NCBI GenBank assembly: GCA_964640155.1 | Contig: CAZXEQ010000001.1 | Location: 456,403-488,402, forward strand | Length of the DNA stretch: 32,000 nt | From: an uncultured bacterium | GTDB taxonomy: Bacteria; Auribacterota; JACPWU01 | Direction of reading: 5' to 3' | Part shown: positions 26,318-32,000 of the stretch, one piece after another | Layout of the letters: every line of letters begins with the position of its first letter | Position numbering within the stretch: position 1 is the stretch's first letter | Notes under the pieces: generated by a model | Databases searched by the model: none | Seen by the model: only the letters and a program-made list of their open reading frames with translations | What the model was told of the DNA's origin: nothing | Position numbers and translations under genes: made by a program

Positions 26318-27535
26318 AAGACAGGGAACCCATCGTTCCTGAGCTTGTTCATGAAGAAAAGAATCAGAGCTGAGCCGACCCATCCATCCGGAAAGCTTTC
26401 CTCCAAAAATAAAATGTCCGAGATGAAATCCCATTCTATCCCATTGAGGAATAGGAAGTCTTTCTTGAACGATATAACCTGTGTCTAAATGTTGATGAAT
26501 AGCATCCTTCCATGTTTTTGGATCAACTTGAGAACCAAAAATAATTCCTTGCCCGCGATTCAGACTAGGCGGTTTGAGAATAAAATGTTCTTGATTTTGA
26601 ATCGAAAAATCTGGAAGTTGGATAGAAGCACGATCAAAAATAGTTTCCCCCTCTTTCAAAAGGCGTGTCCAAGGAATACATTCTCTTCTCAACTGGTTTT
26701 CAAAGGGACTAAAAAGAAAATCAAACTCAGGAGAAGATAAAATGACAAAAACCCTTTTATCAAATCCAATTTGAGATCTGAAAGATCCCGCCATACACAC
26801 ATTCTGATCAAAATAGCTTTGAGTCAGAGCTTGTAGTTTTTCCAAAGCCTTTAGGTATTCCCCTGTCACCACACGTCGATAAATGAGATCTATTCTGAAA
26901 TCCCCATCATAAAGAGCTTTCCCGTCATAAGAGAGATCCCGAGGATCTGCCAAAATAGTTGAGTAACCCTTTTCTTTGAAAAACTGGCATAGAGCTTCTT
27001 GCTCAGATCGAGTCGGGACATCTGCCCAATCCACAATTGCAATTTGAGGCTTTTCTGATCTCTTTTTTGGAAAGCTCTGATAACAATGAAGTAACGTTTG
27101 AAGAACATCCTCTTTGAGTGAAGAGATTTCAACTCCTTGAGTATGAAAAACTTGAGCGTAAACACGATTCAGTTCCTCCATATAGACCATCCCCGAGGTC
27201 CCATCGGTATTTAACTCTAGAAATTTCAAATTTTTCCCATCATAAAACGAATCCCATCGAGCAAAAGGGCAAATTTGCGAGAAACCTGGATCGACTTGAA
27301 TCAATTTCAGAAGATTTGCATCAAATTGAAAAATATCACGAAACTGTCCTTTGAGAAAAAGATTCGTTATTTTTTCAACCATACCTTGGAGAGTTTCCAC
27401 TTTAATTTTAAAAGAAAGGGCGTCTTGCGCTGAAATAATATAGGGCTTTTCAGCAATATCAAGTATGTCCTGACCATACTTTAAACCTGTTTCTCGCCAC
27501 AGGGTTTTGTAACGTAAGTTTGCTTCAACATGCAT
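26291..27535 (-). CDS. ATP-grasp superfamily enzyme, glutathionylspermidine-synthase-like / circularly permuted type
   Basis: ARWDSFYDGKNLKFLELNTDGTSGM resembles the RFD...LLEYNADTP pre-ATP-grasp motif. Start moved to the ATG at 27535 (MHVEANL) because the track N-terminus (MLSKSCARWGSPPSITRI...) is a read-through of repeat copy 3. Confidence 0.5.
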   Translation of the reverse strand: MHVEANLRYKTLWRETGLKYGQDILDIAEKPYIISAQDALSFKIKVETLQGMVEKITNLFLKGQFRDIFQFDANLLKLIQVDPGFSQICPFARWDSFYDGKNLKFLELNTDGTSGMVYMEELNRVYAQVFHTQGVEISSLKEDVLQTLLHCYQSFPKKRSEKPQIAIVDWADVPTRSEQEALCQFFKEKGYSTILADPRDLSYDGKALYDGDFRIDLIYRRVVTGEYLKALEKLQALTQSYFDQNVCMAGSFRSQIGFDKRVFVILSSPEFDFLFSPFENQLRRECIPWTRLLKEGETIFDRASIQLPDFSIQNQEHFILKPPSLNRGQGIIFGSQVDPKTWKDAIHQHLDTGYIVQERLPIPQWDRMGFHLGHFIFGGKLSGWMGRLSSDSFLHEQAQERWVPCLLENKNQLN

Positions 27536-27593
27536 AGTCTTTTCTTTCTCTCTAAAGTTCTTTATACTGTTTCCAATGATTTTGGATCTATAT

Positions 27594-27720
27594 ATAAAAG
27601 TATATCCTTTATAAATGCGGGTGATACTTGGCGGGGAGCCCCACCGCGCGCAACTTTTGCTGAGCACGGTGGGGCTGACAAGTGGCAGGACCCGCTACTT
27701 TCAAAAAAGATACACTTTTA
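27594..27720 (+). repeat. Family-A GC-rich palindromic element, copy 3 (full length, 127 nt)
   Basis: ataaaagtatatcctttataaatgcgggtgatacttggcggggagccccaccgcgcgcaacttttgctgagcacggtggggctgacaagtggcaggacccgctactttcaaaaaagatacactttta. Confidence 0.85.
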
Positions 27721-27758
27721 CATACAACATCCTATTTTGAGGTAATGGCAATTTTACT

Positions 27759-28718
27759 ATGAAAAATCCTTTATACCCCATCAAATTCACTCCCCTTTTC
27801 AAAGAAAAAATCTGGGGAGGAAGAAATATTGAGAAAATTTTTGACCGAAAGCTCCCTCCACATCAAAAAATTGGAGAATCTTGGGAAATTTGCGATCGTG
27901 AAGAAGATCGGACTCTTGTAGAAAATGGAGAATTCAAAGGGAAAACACTTCAAGAGTTAATGGAAATTCTTCAAACAGACTTAATTGGGAACTATTTTAA
28001 AAAAACACCTAAAAGATTCCCTCTCCTCTTTAAAATCATCGATGCACAAGATGATTTGAGTCTTCAAGTTCATCCCAATGATACCTATGCTCAATCACAT
28101 GAAAAAGATTTAGGTAAAACTGAGATGTGGTATGTCATGCAAGCAAGTCAAGACGCCAAAATTTTCTGTGGATTGAAGGAAGGCATTGATCCTAACTCAT
28201 TTCAAAAAGCACTTTCTTCTGATGAAGTTATCTCTTCTCTTCAAGTCTTTAATTCTAAAGCAGGTGATGTTTTCTTTGTGCCTGCAGGCACTGTGCATGC
28301 TCTAGGAAAAGGGAATGTGGTTATTGAAATTCAACAAAACTCAGACGTCACCTATCGCCTCAGTGACTGGGGACGTTTAGGAAATCATGGTCAAGCCAGA
28401 CCTCTTCATATTGCACAAGGAATGGAAGTGATTAACTGGGGGAATAAAAACAATAGGATTTCTAGCACAGATCAAAATAGTCCTCTTGTCTCTTGTCCTT
28501 ATTTTACAGTCTATGAGAACAATTATAGAGAAAGTGGAAGAGAAAAAATTGAATCAGACTCTTTTCAGGTATGGATCATTTTAGAGGGTTCTGGAAAATT
28601 GAATAACGAGAGTGTTCAAAAAGGAGATTTCGTACTACTTCCTGCAAAGATTGGAGAGATACAGATTGAACTGCATAAGCCTATTCATCTATTAAAAGTT
28701 TTACCGGGAAACCGATAA
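27759..28718 (+). CDS. manA: Mannose-6-phosphate isomerase, class I
   Basis: 319 aa. KIWGG, GESWEI, LSLQVHPND, GKTEMWYV, VHALG cupin/PMI motifs. Confidence 0.85.
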   Translation: MKNPLYPIKFTPLFKEKIWGGRNIEKIFDRKLPPHQKIGESWEICDREEDRTLVENGEFKGKTLQELMEILQTDLIGNYFKKTPKRFPLLFKIIDAQDDLSLQVHPNDTYAQSHEKDLGKTEMWYVMQASQDAKIFCGLKEGIDPNSFQKALSSDEVISSLQVFNSKAGDVFFVPAGTVHALGKGNVVIEIQQNSDVTYRLSDWGRLGNHGQARPLHIAQGMEVINWGNKNNRISSTDQNSPLVSCPYFTVYENNYRESGREKIESDSFQVWIILEGSGKLNNESVQKGDFVLLPAKIGEIQIELHKPIHLLKVLPGNR

Positions 28719-28728
28719 GAAAGAGTTT

Positions 28729-29709
28729 TTATTCGTTGAGCCATTTAGCAACATCTTTTGCCCAATAAGTGATTAGAAGATCCGCCCCAGCACGATGTGA
28801 AGCACTTAAAATTTCCATCACAATTTCTTTTTCTGAAAGCCATCCTTTTTGGGCCGCTGCCTTAACCATAGAATACTCTCCACTGACATGATAGGCAGCA
28901 AGAGGAGCTGAGAAGTTTTGTTTAGCTTGACGAATAATATCCAAATAAGCCAAAGCAGGTTTAACCATCACAATATCAGCGCCTTCTTCCAAATCTAAAG
29001 CAATTTCTCTTAAAGCCTCTTCACTGTTATGAAAATCCATTTGATAAGTTTTTCGATCTCCAAATTGAGGAGGTGACTGCGCAGCTTCACGAAAAGGACC
29101 ATAAAAATTGGATGCGAATTTTGCAGAATAAGACATGATCGGCAAGTTTTGAAAATTATTTTGATCCAAGATCTCTCGAATGGCCTTAACCTGACCATCC
29201 ATCATGGCACTGGGAGCAACCATACCTGCCCCTGCTTCAGCATGAGAAAGAGCTGTTTTTTGTAAGACTTTTAGGGTCGCATCGTTATCTATTTTTGCAT
29301 TATTACTCTTAATAATTCCACAATGTCCATGAGATGTGTAAGAACATAGACATACATCAGAGATGAATAACATATCCGGAAATTCTTTTTTGATAATATT
29401 TAAAGTTTTTTGTACAACTCCCTTTGGAGAATAAGCTTGAACAGCCTGAGCATCTTTGCTCTCTGGAATCCCAAAGAGAAGAACCGTTGAAACAGATAAT
29501 TTTTGCAATGCTTCAACTTCTTTTAAAACTTGATCTGAAGAAAGTTGAAAAACTCCTGGCATAGAAGAAATTTCTTTCCTGACTTTTTGTCCAGAACGAA
29601 CAAAAACAGGAGCAATCAGTTGATGCAAAGCAAATTGATTTTCTTGAACCAATTTTCTTAAAGAATAATTTTGTCTTAGACGCTGAGGACGATTGTTTGG
29701 AAAGCTCAT
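28729..29709 (-). CDS. hemB: Porphobilinogen synthase (Zn-type)
   Basis: 326 aa. DVCLCSYTSHGHCG cysteine-rich Zn site, active-site Lys contexts (MVKPA, SGEY). ATGA overlap with the upstream MBL gene. Confidence 0.92.
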   Translation of the reverse strand: MSFPNNRPQRLRQNYSLRKLVQENQFALHQLIAPVFVRSGQKVRKEISSMPGVFQLSSDQVLKEVEALQKLSVSTVLLFGIPESKDAQAVQAYSPKGVVQKTLNIIKKEFPDMLFISDVCLCSYTSHGHCGIIKSNNAKIDNDATLKVLQKTALSHAEAGAGMVAPSAMMDGQVKAIREILDQNNFQNLPIMSYSAKFASNFYGPFREAAQSPPQFGDRKTYQMDFHNSEEALREIALDLEEGADIVMVKPALAYLDIIRQAKQNFSAPLAAYHVSGEYSMVKAAAQKGWLSEKEIVMEILSASHRAGADLLITYWAKDVAKWLNE

Positions 29710-30560
29710 TTCACACCGCCTTCAAAAGGTTTAGGAATAAAGTTTTCATTTTTCAAACCTACTTTTCCAAAAGGCATTTCAGGATCATGATACCAATGCA
29801 AAATCCAATTTTCTTTCTCGGCCTTTTGAAGCCATTCTGTCTTAACTTCCATCACATCAAAAGGACACAAATCATAAGCCGTCACAAAGGTTTGTCGAAC
29901 ATGCCAACGACTTGGAATCAAATCTCCTCCACAGAAAAGGGTTTGTCCTTGTGAAGAAATCTTGATGGCTTGATGACCATGCGTGTGGGCCCCCGTTAGA
30001 ATCAATTCAAGACCCGGCACAATTTCTATATTTCCATCTAGCCATTCGATTTGATGAGCATCCGCCACCGGCATAAAATTTTCTGGGAGATAAGAACCTC
30101 GTGAAAGCCGATGAGGATGAGTTGCATCTTCCCATTCTTTTTTTTGAATCAAATATTTTGCCTTTTGAAATCTTGAAAACCATTTTTGATTAGCATAATC
30201 TGTAAATCCACCGACATGATCTAAATGCAAATGTGTGGGAATCACAATATCAATATCCTCTAAATCCAATCCTAATTGTTTTAGATTTTCACGAAATTCA
30301 TCCTTCTGATTAGTGCGAGCATACATCTGACGTTGTTTTTCATTTAATTTTGTTCCAAAGCCTGTCTCAATAAGAATTTTTTTATTCGATGTTTCTATTA
30401 AAAGACAATGTGTTCCCCAAAGGGCCATATTATTAGAATCCACCGAGATATGCTTTGACCAAACGGTTTTAGGAACCATGCCAAACATGCTTCCACCATC
30501 CAATTGGAAGAACCCATCAGAAACAACAGAAATTTTAAATTTCCCTAAATTAAGCTTCAT
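29706..30560 (-). CDS. MBL-fold metallo-hydrolase
   Basis: HLHLDHVGG (HxHxDH) plus downstream His/Asp ligands. Start placed at the ATG at 30560 (MKLNLGKF) rather than the TTG at 30581. Confidence 0.8.
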   Translation of the reverse strand: MKLNLGKFKISVVSDGFFQLDGGSMFGMVPKTVWSKHISVDSNNMALWGTHCLLIETSNKKILIETGFGTKLNEKQRQMYARTNQKDEFRENLKQLGLDLEDIDIVIPTHLHLDHVGGFTDYANQKWFSRFQKAKYLIQKKEWEDATHPHRLSRGSYLPENFMPVADAHQIEWLDGNIEIVPGLELILTGAHTHGHQAIKISSQGQTLFCGGDLIPSRWHVRQTFVTAYDLCPFDVMEVKTEWLQKAEKENWILHWYHDPEMPFGKVGLKNENFIPKPFEGGVK

Positions 30561-32000
30561 GATATTGCACCAATGCTTCAATGAGACCTGGAATCGTATG
30601 TGTTTGAGCTTCTACATCTACAATAAGACCCAACTCTCTGACTGTAGCAGAAGTAATAGGCCCAATACTTGCAATTTTAAAAGTTCCCTTTATTTTTTTC
30701 AAATAATCTCCAAAACCTTCCACAAAATTTTTTACAGTCGATGAACTTGCAAAAGTCACCCAATCCACGGGTTTCTCTAAAATTTCTCGAACAAGGGTTT
30801 GCTTATCATCAGAAATATCAGGCAAAGTCCGATACAAAGCTAATTCTGTTACTTCCGCACCCTCTTTACGAAGACCCTCAGGTAAAATCAGTCTCGCCTG
30901 ATCCGCTCGAGGCAAAAGAAATTTTTTGCCTTGTAGAGATCCTTGACTCTTGAAAGCTTCAAGCAAAGCTTCTGAAACAAATTCTGCAGGAGAAAGATCC
31001 ACTTTAAGTATTTTATCTTCAATCGCTTGGCGTGTTACTTCTCCAATCGTCGCAATTCGAATTCCTTTTAAGTCTCTTACATCTTTCCCCAAAGTTCGAA
31101 GACGCTCAAAAAATATTTTAACACCATTCACACTTGTGAAAACAACCCAATCAAATTGTGAGATATTGTGAATGGCTTGATCAATCTCTTCCCATTTTTC
31201 AGGAGAAGCTAAACGAAGAGAAGGGAATTCAATGGGTTCAGCCCCTAATTGTTCAAGGAGTCCTACCATCGTACTGGCTTGTTCTCTAGACCTTGTTACT
31301 AAAACTCTTTTTCCAAAAAGAGGCCTTTTCTCAAACCATTGAAGCTGCTCACGTAGCTGAACAACCTCTCCTACCACAAAAATAGAAGGAGCCCCTATTT
31401 CACTTTCTTTTACCTTTATCAGAATATTTGAAAGACTTCCAACAACCGTTTTTTGACGAGGCAAAGTTCCCCACATAATCACAGCACAAGGAGTTTGTGC
31501 CACCCGGCCATGTTGAATTAATTTAGCTATAATGCTTTCTAAATTAGAAATCCCCATTAAAAAGACTAAAGTGCCTATTTGTCGCCCCAAACTTGGCCAA
31601 TCCATATTGGATGATTCTTTTTCAGGATCTTCATGACCCGTTAAAAAAGTAACTGTCGACGTGAAATTCCTTTGAGTTAAAGGAATTCCTGCATATGCAG
31701 GGGCTGCAATAGCAGATGTTACGCCAGGAACAACTTCCCACTCAATGCCTGCTTGAGCAAGCAAAAGGGCTTCTTCTCCTCCACGTCCAAATATAAAAGG
31801 ATCTCCACCTTTAAGACGTACAATCTTTTTCCCTTCTTTTGCTTTTTGAATGAGCAAATGATCAATGGTTTCTTGAGATATAGAGGGTTTCCCCCCACGT
31901 TTTCCTACAAAAATTTTTTCGCAATTTATTTTAGCAAAACGTAAAAGTTTTTTAGAAACCAGAGCATCATAAATCAGAATATCTGCCTCTTCAATTAATT
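30550..32000 (-). CDS. cobA/hemD: Bifunctional uroporphyrinogen-III C-methyltransferase / uroporphyrinogen-III synthase; 5' end runs off the window
   Basis: The frame is open upstream of the track start: manual translation of 31858-31998 gives ...EEADILIYDALVSKKLLRFAKINCEKIFVGKRGGKPSISQETIDHL. GGDPFIFGRGGEE and VPGVTS are SUMT motifs. The C-terminal half (KRVLVTRSREQA...) is HemD-like. Confidence 0.85.
   Translation of the reverse strand, partial: LIEEADILIYDALVSKKLLRFAKINCEKIFVGKRGGKPSISQETIDHLLIQKAKEGKKIVRLKGGDPFIFGRGGEEALLLAQAGIEWEVVPGVTSAIAAPAYAGIPLTQRNFTSTVTFLTGHEDPEKESSNMDWPSLGRQIGTLVFLMGISNLESIIAKLIQHGRVAQTPCAVIMWGTLPRQKTVVGSLSNILIKVKESEIGAPSIFVVGEVVQLREQLQWFEKRPLFGKRVLVTRSREQASTMVGLLEQLGAEPIEFPSLRLASPEKWEEIDQAIHNISQFDWVVFTSVNGVKIFFERLRTLGKDVRDLKGIRIATIGEVTRQAIEDKILKVDLSPAEFVSEALLEAFKSQGSLQGKKFLLPRADQARLILPEGLRKEGAEVTELALYRTLPDISDDKQTLVREILEKPVDWVTFASSSTVKNFVEGFGDYLKKIKGTFKIASIGPITSATVRELGLIVDVEAQTHTIPGLIEALVQYHEA

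Overview
The window comes from a low-GC chromosome (about 35-40% GC in hand-counted coding lines) of a diderm, hopanoid-producing bacterium. It is densely coded and mostly housekeeping. In order: a partial outer-membrane protein, fur, a secreted CxxC-rich protein, an HExxH metallopeptidase-like protein, pfk, a TPR protein, an AmmeMemoRadiSam-type radical SAM enzyme, a DUF971 protein, a PduO-type adenosyltransferase, another OMP, and nadA. A complete hopanoid block follows (hpnC-hpnD-hpnE convergent with shc-hpnG). After that come yjbQ, a small GC-rich islet (RusA-like resolvase plus orphan RHH antitoxin), and an NAD synthetase split over two overlapping frames. The rest is an ORF6N gene, a nucleoside hydrolase, galE, aroA, an ATP-grasp enzyme, manA, and a tetrapyrrole operon (cobA/hemD-MBL-hemB). 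I found no rRNA, tRNA, CRISPR array or transposase. The most unusual content is non-coding. Family A is a ~127-nt GC-rich imperfect-palindrome element present three times, all on the + strand just upstream of + strand genes. Family B is a ~125-130-nt element present twice, each in sense orientation just after a stop codon. Both families show strand-specific G-U wobbles, family A also has a compensatory change, and the two families may share a sequence module. The other notable non-coding feature is a ~790-bp, very AT-rich, ORF-free gap bracketed by the only two perfect DnaA boxes I found. I could not recognise either repeat family as a known RNA class. All structural claims are hand alignments and need computation.
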